A DNA stretch of 64,000 bases from the NCBI GenBank assembly GCA_963815285.1, contig CAWFGB010000012.1, positions 194,777 to 258,776 on the forward strand, in the 5' to 3' direction. Source of the DNA: an uncultured Acidobacteriota bacterium (GTDB lineage Bacteria > Acidobacteriota > Vicinamibacteria > Vicinamibacterales > UBA2999). Every line of letters starts with the position of its first letter. Within the stretch, counting starts at the first letter, position 1. The notes under the pieces are model-generated. The model saw only the letters and a program-made list of their open reading frames with translations, was not told the DNA's origin and made no database searches. Both the position numbers and the translations under genes were made by a program. Positions 49,587 to 59,630 of the stretch are shown here, in pieces.

Positions 49587-50248
49587 GATCTGAATGTTTC
49601 GATGATGTGCTCGGCAATGGGTTTCATCCGGTGCGTTCGCGAGCGCTCGGCGGCGATGATCTCCTGCAGCCGTACGACGGTGGCCTGCAGTTCGTCGTTG
49701 ACGACCACATAGTCGTAATCCACGTAACTCGACGCCTCGCCACGGGCAGTATCAAGGCGGCGCTGCATCTGCTCTTCCGAGTCCTTGCTGCGCCCTCGAA
49801 GCCGCTTCTCCAGCACCTCGAACGACGGCGGCATGACGAAGATGGCCGTGTGGTCAACACCGCGGGCCTTCACCTGTCGAGCACCCTGGACATCGATGAC
49901 GAGGACCACGTCCTGCCCGTCGGCGAGCATCCGCTCGACGTCGGCCAGCGCGGTGCCGTAATAGTTCCCGAAGACATCCGCCCACTCCAGGAATTCCGAA
50001 GCGTTGATCCGTCGCTGAAACTCCTCGGGGCTGATGAAATGATAGTCCACGCCATCGCGCTCGCCGTCGCGCGCCGCGCGCGACGTGTACGACCGCGACA
50101 TCCGCAGGTTGGGAAGCACCTGAACGAGCTTTTCGACGAGCGTGGTCTTGCCGGTGCCGGACGGCGCGGAGACGATGAACAGCAGCCCGCGAACGCCGGC
50201 CCGCCGCGCCGCGCGCTCGGTCTGCGGTGCCGTCGCATCACTCGACAT
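49577..50248 (-). CDS. gmk: Guanylate kinase
   Basis: P-loop SAPSGTGKTTL, then ...SYTSRAARDGERDGVDYHF... and ...EWADVFGNYYGT... Confidence 0.9.
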   Translation of the reverse strand: MSSDATAPQTERAARRAGVRGLLFIVSAPSGTGKTTLVEKLVQVLPNLRMSRSYTSRAARDGERDGVDYHFISPEEFQRRINASEFLEWADVFGNYYGTALADVERMLADGQDVVLVIDVQGARQVKARGVDHTAIFVMPPSFEVLEKRLRGRSKDSEEQMQRRLDTARGEASSYVDYDYVVVNDELQATVVRLQEIIAAERSRTHRMKPIAEHIIETFRSCP

Positions 50249-51128
50249 TCTGCACCTGTTCGCGCATCCGTTCGAGTTCGGCCTTGGCTTCGATAATCAG
50301 CCCGGACACCCGTAGACCGTCGGCCTTGGAGCCGATGGTGTTGATCTCGCGGTTCATCTCCTGCAGCAGGAAATCGAGCTTGCGCCCGCATGGCTCGTCG
50401 GCGCCGGCCAGGGCGTCCCAGTGCGCGAGGTGCCCGCGAAAGCGCGTGACCTCTTCGGTGATGTCGGAGCGCTGGGCCACCCGCACAACCTCCTGAGCAA
50501 GGGCGTTCGGATCGCTGGGCACGGCCATAAGCAGTTCCTTGACCCGCTCCATGAGGCGCGCCTCGAGTTCTTCACGGCCATTTTCGGCGGCCTCCGCCAG
50601 CGCACCGATAAGGCGGCACAACGTGTCTTTTCGTTCGGAGAGATCCGCCGCGAGGTGGGTGCCTTCGCGCGACCGCATGGCGTCGAGTTGATCGATGGCG
50701 CCGTTGAGCGCCGCCTCCATCGCCGGCCCGAGCGCGGCGCCGAGCGTCTCCGTTTCACCCTGCCGTTCCCGAATCGCCATTGCCTGCGGCAGGCGCAGCA
50801 GATCGCCGGGGGTGATGTCGCCCTTGACGTAGCCGGCCTCGCGCGCCACGTCGATGGCCGCCGCGATGGCGCGCACGAAATCCTCCTGGAGCTCGACTTG
50901 CGGCGCCGTGCCCTGACGCAACTGGAGCGACGCAGACAGCTCGATGCGACCGCGTGCGAGGCGCTTCTGGAGCAGTGCCCTGATACGCGGTTCCAGATCG
51001 GCCAGGTTCGCCGGCAGGCGGATCTGCAGGTCGAGAAACCGGTGGTTGACGGCCCGAATGGTCAGGCCGAGGGTGCCCCGTTCATCGTCGTGGCTGAGCG
51101 AGGCGAAGCCCGTCATGCTCTTGATCAT
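50238..51128 (-). CDS. yicC: YicC-family stress-induced protein (endoribonuclease YicC-like)
   Basis: MIKSMTGFA... N-terminus, the C-terminal LLQEMNREINTIGSKA motif and 296 aa, the classic YicC layout. Confidence 0.85.
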   Translation of the reverse strand: MIKSMTGFASLSHDDERGTLGLTIRAVNHRFLDLQIRLPANLADLEPRIRALLQKRLARGRIELSASLQLRQGTAPQVELQEDFVRAIAAAIDVAREAGYVKGDITPGDLLRLPQAMAIRERQGETETLGAALGPAMEAALNGAIDQLDAMRSREGTHLAADLSERKDTLCRLIGALAEAAENGREELEARLMERVKELLMAVPSDPNALAQEVVRVAQRSDITEEVTRFRGHLAHWDALAGADEPCGRKLDFLLQEMNREINTIGSKADGLRVSGLIIEAKAELERMREQVQNVE

Positions 51129-52906
51129 CTGGGGGCCTCCCGACCCGCCTGCCCGGCCGCCACGCCGCTCTTTTTCGGCTCGATGAGCTGCATTTGGTGC
51201 AATCGCGCGTACACCCCGCCCGGACGCGCAATCAGCTCGTCGTGACGGCCTAGCTCCGCAATGCGACCGCGTTCCATGACGATGATCGCATCCGCGCGGC
51301 GCACGGTCGAGAGTCGGTGCGCGATGACAAACGACGTGCGGTTGAGCATCAGCGTCGTCAGCGCATCCTGGACGAGGCGCTCGGACTCGGAATCGAGTGA
51401 CGACGTCGCCTCATCCAAAATCAGGATCGGCGAGTTTTTCAGCAGGGCACGGGCAATCGCCAGCCGCTGCCGCTGCCCGCCCGACAGGCGCTGGCCGCGC
51501 TCCCCGATGCGCGTATCGTAGCCTTCAGGCAGTGCGGCGATGAAGTCGTGGGCGTGCGCGGTCCGCGCGGCCGCCTCGATCTGCTCTCGCGACGCCTCCG
51601 GCGCGCCATAGGCGATGTTGGCCGCGATCGTATCGTCGAACAACACCGTCTCCTGGGTGACGATGCCAATCTGATCACGCAACGAGCGCAGGGTGGCGCT
51701 GCGAATGTCAACGCCATCGATCAGGATCGTCCCGCTGGTGACGTCGTAGAACCGGGGCAGCATGTTCACCAGCGTCGTTTTCCCCGCGCCGCTTCTCCCC
51801 ACAATGGCAACCATCTGGCCGGCACGTACTGAGAATGTCACATCGCGGATCGTGCTCCGGCCGTGACTGTCCTCGTAGCGGAACTCCACGCCGCGAAATT
51901 CGATGCGATCGCGAAATGGCGGCAACGGTCGGGTGCCGGGCGCCTCGACAACTTCCGTATGCTTGTCGAGCAGCTCGAAAATCCGCTCCGATGCCGCCGC
52001 CGCCTGCTGCAGATTCGCGTTCACGCGACTGAGCTTCTTGACTGGACCGTACATCAACAGCAGCGCCGCAACGAACGACGTGAACTCGCCGGCCGTCAGC
52101 CGCCCTTCGGCAATCTCACGACTGCCGTACCAGAGCGCCCCGGCAATCGCGAGGCCGCCGACAAACTCCATCATCGGCGGCAGCACTGACAACACGCCGG
52201 TCACTTTCAGGTTCGTGCGATACAAGGCGCGCGACGCCCGCTCGAATTTCTCCGCCTCGCGCCGTTCGGCCCCGAAGGCTTTCACGATCCGATGGCCCGT
52301 GAACGCCTCGCCGGCGACGTGAGACATGTATTCGAGCCGCTCCTGGCTCCAGCGCGTGACCATCCGCAGCCGCTTGCCCAGTCGCACTAGCGGATAGATC
52401 GCCAGCGGCGCCCCAGTCATGGCCAGCAGGGCCAGGCCCGGGTCGTAATAGAACAGCAGCGCCGCGTAGCCGACGAGCGCGAGCGACTCGCGTGCGAGGT
52501 CGCCCACCGTTTCCGCGACCGCACGGTGAACCTGACCGACGTCGTTGTTGATGCGCGACAGCAGCCCGCCCGTCGTGCGCCGCGAGAAAAACGCCGCGGA
52601 CTGATTCAGCAGGTGGCTGAACAACTGATTGCGCAGCCGCATCACCACCCGATGGCCCAGGTCGTCCATCAAGTAACTGGAAAAGTACGCACCGAGCCCC
52701 TTGAAGAAATACGCGATGATGATGGCGACCGCGACAAACCGCAGGGACGATTGCGCCTGCGCCTGCAGCACGTCGTCGATGATCGGCTTGATCAACCACG
52801 CCTGGGATGCCGACGCGGCCCCGTACACCAGCATGGCCAGCATCGCGCCGGCGATGAGCATGCGGTGAGGAGCCGCGTAGCGAAGCAGCTTGAGAATCGG
52901 GTCCAT
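51125..52906 (-). CDS. MsbA-like ABC exporter (fused 6-TM permease + NBD)
   Basis: The start was set to the ATG at 52906 (MDPILKLLRYAAPHR), overlapping the galE stop by 1 nt. The track's upstream extension is Arg/Ala-rich and overlaps galE. Walker A GRSGAGKTT, signature LSGGQRQRLAIARA, Walker B ILILDEATS. Confidence 0.85.
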   Translation of the reverse strand: MDPILKLLRYAAPHRMLIAGAMLAMLVYGAASASQAWLIKPIIDDVLQAQAQSSLRFVAVAIIIAYFFKGLGAYFSSYLMDDLGHRVVMRLRNQLFSHLLNQSAAFFSRRTTGGLLSRINNDVGQVHRAVAETVGDLARESLALVGYAALLFYYDPGLALLAMTGAPLAIYPLVRLGKRLRMVTRWSQERLEYMSHVAGEAFTGHRIVKAFGAERREAEKFERASRALYRTNLKVTGVLSVLPPMMEFVGGLAIAGALWYGSREIAEGRLTAGEFTSFVAALLLMYGPVKKLSRVNANLQQAAAASERIFELLDKHTEVVEAPGTRPLPPFRDRIEFRGVEFRYEDSHGRSTIRDVTFSVRAGQMVAIVGRSGAGKTTLVNMLPRFYDVTSGTILIDGVDIRSATLRSLRDQIGIVTQETVLFDDTIAANIAYGAPEASREQIEAAARTAHAHDFIAALPEGYDTRIGERGQRLSGGQRQRLAIARALLKNSPILILDEATSSLDSESERLVQDALTTLMLNRTSFVIAHRLSTVRRADAIIVMERGRIAELGRHDELIARPGGVYARLHQMQLIEPKKSGVAAGQAGREAPR

Positions 52907-53907
52907 CAGGTCGGTGGAAGACTCCGGTAGCCGTGCGGATGCAAGCGGTGCCACTGCCACGCGTGCTGAACGATGTGCTGGAGGTCTGGGTAGTTTGGCC
53001 GCCACCCTAGCGCCTGCTGCAGGCGCGCGCTTGACGCGTAAAGCGCGGCCGGATCGCCCGCGCGGCGGCCCGCTGGCGTCCACTGCACAGGCGCCCCCAC
53101 GACCTGACTCACGGTGTCGATGACCTGCTTCACAGAATGCGGCTGTCCAGTGCCGGCATTGTAGGCCGCCGACAAGTGTCCGGCTTCGAGGGCTCTCAGC
53201 GCCAGCACATGTGCGTCCGCCAGGTCACACACGTGAATATAGTCGCGCAGACAGGTCCCGTCCGCAGTCGGATAATCCAGCCCGAAGAGCTGAAGGGGGT
53301 CACCTCCAGTGGCCGCCTGAATCGCTCGCGGGATGATGTGGATTTCGGGGTCGTGATCTTCGCCGATCGTGCCGTCAGGGTGGGCGCCAGCTGCGTTGAA
53401 ATACCGCAGGGCGATCCACTCTAGCCGGTGTGCGCGTTCGACATGGCCCAGAGCCCGCTCGATGGCGAGTTTCGTTTCCCCATACGCGTTGATCGGCCGT
53501 GGCTCGAGTGTTTCGACGATTGGCACCGTCGCCGGCTCGCCGTAGACAGCGCACGTGGACGAAAACACGAGCCGGCGGACGCCCGCATCGACCATCGCCC
53601 CGAGCAGCGAAAGCGATCCGACGACGTTGTTGTTGTAGTAGCCCAAGGGATCACGGACCGAATCGGGCACGACCAGCCAGGCCGCAAAGTGCATCACGGC
53701 GTCGATACCATGCTCACGCAGCGCGGCCGCGACCCGCCGCCGATCGTGAGTAGACAGTTCGACGAGCGGCACGCCGTGCGGGACCGTGGCGCGGTGTCCG
53801 GCCGACAGATCGTCGAGCACCACCACCGCATGACCGTCGTCAAGCAGCGCACGAACGGCGTGACTGCCGATGTAGCCGGCCCCGCCGGTGACGAGCACTC
53901 GCGCCAT
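52906..53907 (-). CDS. galE: UDP-glucose 4-epimerase
   Basis: VLVTGGAGYIGSH Rossmann motif, ...SSTCAVYG... and YGETK (YxxxK), 333 aa. Confidence 0.85.
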   Translation of the reverse strand: MARVLVTGGAGYIGSHAVRALLDDGHAVVVLDDLSAGHRATVPHGVPLVELSTHDRRRVAAALREHGIDAVMHFAAWLVVPDSVRDPLGYYNNNVVGSLSLLGAMVDAGVRRLVFSSTCAVYGEPATVPIVETLEPRPINAYGETKLAIERALGHVERAHRLEWIALRYFNAAGAHPDGTIGEDHDPEIHIIPRAIQAATGGDPLQLFGLDYPTADGTCLRDYIHVCDLADAHVLALRALEAGHLSAAYNAGTGQPHSVKQVIDTVSQVVGAPVQWTPAGRRAGDPAALYASSARLQQALGWRPNYPDLQHIVQHAWQWHRLHPHGYRSLPPT

Positions 53908-53908
53908 G

Positions 53909-55204
53909 TCAGCGTCCGATCGAACTGTAAGTGAACCCGTGCGCTTTCATCTGCTGTGGGTTGTAAACGTTACGGCCGTCGAAGATGATCGGCGAACGCA
54001 TGAGCTTGCGCATCCGGTCAAAGTCCGGCTCGCGGAATTCGTGCCATTCGGTGACGATCACCAGCGCATCTGCGCCCTTCAGGGCGTCGTAACTCCTTGT
54101 GGCGTAGGTGACCTTCGATCCGAAAATACCCCGTGCTATACGAACGGCTTCGGGATCGTACGCCTGAACCTTGGCCCCTTCCTCGAGCAGTGCTCTGACG
54201 ATTACGATCGCGGGCGCCTCGCGCATGTCATCGGTTTTCGGTTTGAACGCCAGCCCCCAGATTGCAATCGTCCGCCCTTTCAGAGATTTGAAGTGCCGCC
54301 TCAACTTGGCGATGAGCACGCGCTTCTGCCGCTCATTGACCGATTCAACGGCCTTCAGCACCTCGAAGTCGTAGTCCTTGTCAGCAGAAAACCGGATGAG
54401 CGCCTTCACGTCCTTCGGAAAGCAGCTGCCTCCGTAACCCACACCGGGAAACAGAAACGACGTGCCGATGCGGCGATCGGCACCGACAGCCTGACGCACC
54501 CGGTCGACGTCCGCGCCGAAAAGCTCGCAGACATTGGCGACCTCGTTCATGAAAGAGATACGTGTCGCGAGAAGGGCGTTGGCGGCGTACTTCGAGAGTT
54601 CGGCGCTGGCGCAGTCCATCACCATGATGGGCGCGCCGGTGCGCGTGAAAGGCGTGTACAACGCCTGCATCAGCTCGGCCCCACGCGGGTCTTCCGCGCC
54701 AATCACCACCCGATCAGGCTTCATGAAATCGTCGACGGCGGCACCCTGCTTGAGAAACTCCGGGTTGCTCACCACGCTGAACGGGTGCTTCGTCTCGCCA
54801 CCGATGATGGCGCGGACTTTCTCCGCCGTACCGACCGGCACCGTGCTCTTGTTGACGATGACCCGGTAACCGTCCATCGTCCGGCCGATCTCCCGTGCGA
54901 CGCCGAGCACATGCTGCAAGTCGGCCGACCCATCCTCGCCTTGAGGCGTGCCGACGGCGATGAAGATGATCTGCGACGCCTTGACCGCTCGTCCGAGCTG
55001 CGTCGTGAATGACAGACGACCTTCGGCCGCGTTGCGGTGGACCAGCTCCGTGAGGCCGGGTTCGTAAATCGGCACTCGTCCCCGGCGCAAGGTCCGCACC
55101 TTCGCAGCGTCCTTGTCGACACAGATGACATCGTTGCCGGTTTCGGCCAGGCATGCTCCCAGCACCAACCCCACATATCCACTGCCTACTACTGCAATCT
55201 TCAT
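53909..55204 (-). CDS. ugd: UDP-glucose 6-dehydrogenase
   Basis: MKIAVVGSGYVGLV... and the catalytic region ...GVGYGGSCFPKDV..., 431 aa. Confidence 0.9.
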   Translation of the reverse strand: MKIAVVGSGYVGLVLGACLAETGNDVICVDKDAAKVRTLRRGRVPIYEPGLTELVHRNAAEGRLSFTTQLGRAVKASQIIFIAVGTPQGEDGSADLQHVLGVAREIGRTMDGYRVIVNKSTVPVGTAEKVRAIIGGETKHPFSVVSNPEFLKQGAAVDDFMKPDRVVIGAEDPRGAELMQALYTPFTRTGAPIMVMDCASAELSKYAANALLATRISFMNEVANVCELFGADVDRVRQAVGADRRIGTSFLFPGVGYGGSCFPKDVKALIRFSADKDYDFEVLKAVESVNERQKRVLIAKLRRHFKSLKGRTIAIWGLAFKPKTDDMREAPAIVIVRALLEEGAKVQAYDPEAVRIARGIFGSKVTYATRSYDALKGADALVIVTEWHEFREPDFDRMRKLMRSPIIFDGRNVYNPQQMKAHGFTYSSIGR

Positions 55205-55328
55205 CGCGTGGCCTCGAAACTTGGCAGGGTATCACCCACCCCATGTGCTGTCAACATACTGCATTCAAAGGACTTGTCGTCCGATGTGGCTGTGCTCTCC
55301 CGGGCCGCCCGTGGTACATTGCGACTCG

Positions 55329-56459
55329 GTGCGGATTCTGCTCGATTACCGGCCGGCCCTCCGCGAGCGCACCGGCGTGGGCGAATTCGTGCACGAGCTG
55401 GCACGGGCGCTGGCAAGAAGCGGCACAGACGACATCTCCATTCTCTCAGCCTCATGGAAAGACCGACCATCGGCGGGACTGGCCGCCGAACTGGGCCGCG
55501 TCCGCCTTGTCGATAGACGGCTTCCGGTCCGAGGGCTCACCTGGTCATGGAATCGCTTGAGCTTTCCGCCGGTCGAGTGGCTCGCCGGTCCCGCCGACGT
55601 GGTACACGCGCAGACACCACTGGTCATACCGGCCACGCGGGCGGCGCGGGTCGTCACCATTCACGACCTGGATTTCCTGCTGCACCCCGAACGGGCCGAG
55701 GCGGAGATGCGTCGCGATTTTCCCGCCCTCGTCCGCAAGCATGTCCGTCGCGCCGACCACGTCGTGGTGTCTTCACGGTATGCGCTCGGAGAAGTCACCT
55801 CCAGGCTCGCGCTGCCCCATGCCAAGGTGACAGTCTGCTCCCCAGGCACGCCACCCTGGGCCGAAACGATCGCCCTGGAGCGCCGCATCAGTAGCACGTC
55901 AGGCAGCCTCATTCTTTTTCTCGGCACGCTCGAGCCGCGAAAGAACATCGGTGGCCTGCTCGACGCCTACGCGCGCCTGCGCGAACGCCGCCCAGACGCG
56001 CCGCCACTTGTGCTGGCCGGTCGCGCGCGCGACGGTGCGGCGCGCGATCTCGAGAGGCTGAAGGCACCTCCCTTTGCGGGGCACGTCACCGTCGCCGGCT
56101 ATGTCAGCGATGATGAGAAGCGACGCTTGTATCGCGAGGCGCGCATGCTCGTCCTCCCGTCACTTGAGGAGGGCTTCGGTTTGCCTGTGCTCGAAGCCAT
56201 GGCCTGTGGCGTGCCCGTGGTGATCTCCGATCGCGGTTCGCTGCCTGAGGTCGCAGGCGACGCGGCATCGCCGGTGGATCCCGCTGATGCGGACGGTCTG
56301 GCCGGGCAGATGGAGCGTCTGCTTGCACCGCCAGCCGCGCTTGCGGCCACCACTCGCGGACTGGCGCGCGCCGCCTTCTATTCGTGGGATCGCTGCGCGG
56401 CCTCCGCACGCGACGCCTATCGCGCAGCGCTGGAGCAGCGGCACAGGCGCAGCCGATGA
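55329..56459 (+). CDS. Glycosyltransferase family 4 (GT-B)
   Basis: With the GTG start at 55329 the protein begins (M)RILLDYRPALRERTGVGEFV, typical of GT4. The C-terminal EEGFGLPVLEAMACGVPVV motif is present. An alternative start is ATG 55284. Confidence 0.8.
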   Translation: MRILLDYRPALRERTGVGEFVHELARALARSGTDDISILSASWKDRPSAGLAAELGRVRLVDRRLPVRGLTWSWNRLSFPPVEWLAGPADVVHAQTPLVIPATRAARVVTIHDLDFLLHPERAEAEMRRDFPALVRKHVRRADHVVVSSRYALGEVTSRLALPHAKVTVCSPGTPPWAETIALERRISSTSGSLILFLGTLEPRKNIGGLLDAYARLRERRPDAPPLVLAGRARDGAARDLERLKAPPFAGHVTVAGYVSDDEKRRLYREARMLVLPSLEEGFGLPVLEAMACGVPVVISDRGSLPEVAGDAASPVDPADADGLAGQMERLLAPPAALAATTRGLARAAFYSWDRCAASARDAYRAALEQRHRRSR

Positions 56460-57544
56460 GAGTCGCCGTCGATGCACGCGAACTTGCAGGTCGGCCGACT
56501 GGAGTCGGACGCTACCTGGCGGAATTGCTCGATAGCTGGGCCGATTCCCCCGACGCGCAGCGGCACGACTGGCGCTTCTTCGCTCACCAGCCTGTCACCG
56601 TCCCCACTGCCTTCTCCTCGTCAGCCGTAGTGATTACGGGTTCAGGCGGCACGCGCTGGGAGCAAACGGCGTTGGCGCGCGCGCTCGGCCGCGAAAAGCC
56701 GGATGTCCTGTTCGCGCCCGCTTACACGGCCCCGCTGACGGCTCCGTGCCCCGTCGCCGTCACCATTCATGACGTGTCCTTCGCGGCGCATCCCGAGTGG
56801 TTTTCGTTTCGCGAAGGGCTTCGCCGGCGCATGCTGACGGCATGGTCGGCGCGCCGTGCGCGGCTGGTCATCACCGATTCGCGATTCTCTCGAGACGAGA
56901 TCGAGAGACACATCGGCATCCCCACCGGCCGCATTCGGGTGATTCCGCTTGGGATTCGGCGTCCTCTGCAGCGCCCGGAGGTGGCACGCGAGCCGATCAT
57001 CCTGTATGTGGGCTCAATTTTCCGGCGACGCCATGTCGAGACGCTCATCGACGCCTTTGTCAATCATGTCGCCACCCGCGTGCCCGGCAGTCGACTCGAG
57101 ATTGTCGGCGAGAACCGGATGTACCCGCCCGGTAACCCCGCAGAGGCGCTGAACCGCTGCGCACCTGAGGTCGCCAATCGCGTCACCGTCCGCTCCTACG
57201 TCGATGAGGCAACGCTGCGTGGTCTTTATCAGCGGGCGTCAGTGTTCGCGTTCCTGTCGTCGTACGAAGGATTCGGGCTGACGCCGCTCGAAGCGTTGGC
57301 CTCGGGCGTTCCTCCCGTGGTGCTCGAGACACCTGTCGCCCGCGAAGTCTACGGCGCTGCAGCGAGCTACGTCCCGACGATCTCGTCGGTAGGAGTCCTG
57401 GCCGACACATTGACGGAGTTGCTGCTCGATTCTCAGGCACGCCGGACGGTGCTTGCCCACGCCGAGGAGGTCCTGGCGCGCTACGACTGGGCCCGTACCG
57501 CCGAGACGACCTTGCGCGCACTCGAGGAGGCGGCCGGTGCCTGA
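56456..57544 (+). CDS. Glycosyltransferase family 4 (GT-B)
   Basis: MRVAVDARELAGRPTGVGRY... and YEGFGLTPLEALASGVPPV. ATGA overlap with the previous gene. Confidence 0.8.
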   Translation: MRVAVDARELAGRPTGVGRYLAELLDSWADSPDAQRHDWRFFAHQPVTVPTAFSSSAVVITGSGGTRWEQTALARALGREKPDVLFAPAYTAPLTAPCPVAVTIHDVSFAAHPEWFSFREGLRRRMLTAWSARRARLVITDSRFSRDEIERHIGIPTGRIRVIPLGIRRPLQRPEVAREPIILYVGSIFRRRHVETLIDAFVNHVATRVPGSRLEIVGENRMYPPGNPAEALNRCAPEVANRVTVRSYVDEATLRGLYQRASVFAFLSSYEGFGLTPLEALASGVPPVVLETPVAREVYGAAASYVPTISSVGVLADTLTELLLDSQARRTVLAHAEEVLARYDWARTAETTLRALEEAAGA

Positions 57545-58352
57545 CGAACTGACGATTGTCATCGTCAGCCACAACGTTCGCGGGGAGCTCGCGGCGTGCC
57601 TGCAATCGCTCGTCGGGAACACTGCTCCGTACCCGACCGAGATTGTGGTGGTGGACAACGCGTCCACCGACGGCACGCTGGAGATGGTTCGAGCGTCATG
57701 GCCCTCGGTGAAGGTGATCGAGGCTGGGGGCAACCTCGGTTTCGCGCGGGCCAACAACGTCGGCATTCGTGCCACGTCCAGCGAGTTCGTGCTGCTGCTC
57801 AATCCGGATACCGTCGTGCCACCCGGCGCTATCGCGACGCTGATTCGAGGCCTGGCGATGCACCCCGATGGCGCCGCGGCGGGACCGCGGCTTGTCGACG
57901 ACGAGGGATTTCCCGAGTTGTCCTTCGGGTGGACCATCGGACCCCTTGGGGAGCTTCGCCAGAAGATCGTCGGCCGCTTATACGCTCGGCGCGTCCGCCA
58001 GGCCGTGCGCGTGGTCGATCGCTGGTCTCGCGAAGCCGGTCCCCGCGAGTGGGTCAGCGGCGCCTGCATGCTGCTGCGACGCGCGGATCTGGAGGCAGTC
58101 GGCCTGCTTGACGAACGTTACTTTATGTACACCGAGGACGTGGACCTGTGCGTCTCGCTCCGACAGCGGGGCCGGTCCGTCTACTACGTCCCCACGTCCG
58201 AGGTGCTCCACCTGCGCGGACGATCCTCTGGTCGCAATCCCAACACCGAGCGCATGCGCCGAATAAGTCAGATCGCGTTTTACGAGAAACATCATCCCGG
58301 GTGGGTACCGCTGCTCCGCAGCTACCTGCGGTTGACCGGCAAGTTCCCATGA
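57537..58352 (+). CDS. Glycosyltransferase family 2 (GT-A)
   Basis: LTIVIVSHNVRGEL...VVVDNASTDGT...NLGFARANN...LLLNPDT is the GT2 DxD-containing fold. The GTG start overlaps the previous stop. Confidence 0.85.
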   Translation: MPDELTIVIVSHNVRGELAACLQSLVGNTAPYPTEIVVVDNASTDGTLEMVRASWPSVKVIEAGGNLGFARANNVGIRATSSEFVLLLNPDTVVPPGAIATLIRGLAMHPDGAAAGPRLVDDEGFPELSFGWTIGPLGELRQKIVGRLYARRVRQAVRVVDRWSREAGPREWVSGACMLLRRADLEAVGLLDERYFMYTEDVDLCVSLRQRGRSVYYVPTSEVLHLRGRSSGRNPNTERMRRISQIAFYEKHHPGWVPLLRSYLRLTGKFP

Positions 58353-58360
58353 CCGGGGGA

Positions 58361-58502
58361 CAGGCTCCAGGCCCCAGGGTCCAGAGATCACACGGACGAG
58401 CCCAGGTGTTCTCGGTTCAAAAAGGCAGCAAGCCTCTGTCTGTGTTCTTGCGGCTCCGAGGCCTGGGGCCTGGGGCCTGGCGCCTGGCGCCTGAGGCCTG
58501 AG
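58361..58502. repeat. Composite intergenic repeat region: inverted CCAGGCCCCAGG / CCTGGGGCCTGG arms plus GCCTGRS 7-bp tandem array (about 6 copies)
   Basis: CCAGGCCCCAGG (58367-58378) is the exact reverse complement of CCTGGGGCCTGG (58462-58473, and again at 58469-58480). The array GCCTGGG GCCTGGG GCCTGGC GCCTGGC GCCTGAG GCCTGAG spans 58461-58502. The interior carries CAGAGATCACA (58382-58392), identical to 48196-48206. Confidence 0.75.
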
Positions 58503-58517
58503 AAGTAGACTGGTGGC

Positions 58518-59630
58518 GTGCGGATTGCCATCGATGCCCGGAAGCTCCACGACTTCGGCATTGGCACGTACATCCGCAACGTGCTCGTCGGCTTGGCGGC
58601 GATCGACCAGGACACCGAGTTCATCGTCCTCTCTCCCCCGGGGGATGCCGACGCTATCAACGATCTGGGCGCCAATTTTCGAGCCGTGCCCGAAACGGCA
58701 CGACCGTACTCGATCGGCGAGCAGGTCTGGGTTCCGCTCAGCCTCGTGCGCGAACGCGCGCACCTGTTGCATGAACCACACTACGTCCTGCCGCCCGCCA
58801 CGCGCTGCCGTACGGTGGTGACGATTCACGATTGTATTCACCTGATGTTTCCGCAGTACCTGCCCAACCGACTCGCGCACCTCTACGCGCGCGCGTCGAT
58901 GTGGAGCGCGGTGCACAAGTCCGATCGGATTCTGACCGTTTCAGAAGCGTCGAAGCGAGACATCCTGCGCTTCTTCGACATTGCCGCCGACAAGGTCTCC
59001 GTCATCTACAACGCGATCGACGAACGCTTCCTCGCGCCACCCGACGAAGAGCGCATGGACCAGATTCGGCAGCGTTACCAACTCGATCACCCATTCCTGC
59101 TCTACGTCGGCAACATCAAGAAGCACAAGAATCTCGAGCGGCTGATCGATGCCTTCGGCCGCGCGCGCGCCGCCGGCCTCGCTGACTTGAGGCTGGTGAT
59201 CATCGGCGATGAGATCTCGAAGTATCCGCCGCTGCGCCAGTCCGTCCACCGGCATCGGCTGGACAAACACGTGCGCTTTCTCGGCTTTCAGCCCTACGAC
59301 ACGCTGGCGGCATTCTATCGGCTCGCGCGCGCGTTCGTGTTCCCGTCGCTGTATGAAGGATTTGGTCTGCCGCCGCTCGAGGCCATGGCATGCGGCACGC
59401 CCGTCGTCACGTCGAATGTGTCATCGTTGCCGGAGGTGGCCGGAGGCGCGGCCATCCTCGTCGATCCGTACGAGCCGGCGTCGATTGCCGAAGGCATCGG
59501 CCGGGCGGTCACGGAGGAGTCCACGCGAGCGGACCTTATCGCACGCGGTCTGGCGCGGGCGCGCGACTTCTCGTGGTCGCAGTCCGCAACCTCCATTCAC
59601 CGCATCTACATGGACGTGCTCGAGCGGTGA
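58518..59630 (+). CDS. Glycosyltransferase family 4 (GT-B)
   Basis: (M)RIAIDARKLHDFGIGTYIRN... and YEGFGLPPLEAMACGTPVV. GTG start. Confidence 0.85.
   Translation: MRIAIDARKLHDFGIGTYIRNVLVGLAAIDQDTEFIVLSPPGDADAINDLGANFRAVPETARPYSIGEQVWVPLSLVRERAHLLHEPHYVLPPATRCRTVVTIHDCIHLMFPQYLPNRLAHLYARASMWSAVHKSDRILTVSEASKRDILRFFDIAADKVSVIYNAIDERFLAPPDEERMDQIRQRYQLDHPFLLYVGNIKKHKNLERLIDAFGRARAAGLADLRLVIIGDEISKYPPLRQSVHRHRLDKHVRFLGFQPYDTLAAFYRLARAFVFPSLYEGFGLPPLEAMACGTPVVTSNVSSLPEVAGGAAILVDPYEPASIAEGIGRAVTEESTRADLIARGLARARDFSWSQSATSIHRIYMDVLER

Noticed and set aside
49577-49620. Expected rpoZ between gmk and coaBC.
   Set aside because: The gmk 3' end overlaps the coaBC start by 10 nt and no omega-like small ORF exists here. 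rpoZ must be elsewhere. This is a synteny note, not an anomaly I can support further.
55205-55328. Sigma54-type promoter in the ugd / GT4 divergent region (TTGGCAGGG..., TGGTACATTGCG).
   Set aside because: The spacing between the GG and GC elements is wrong in both candidates.
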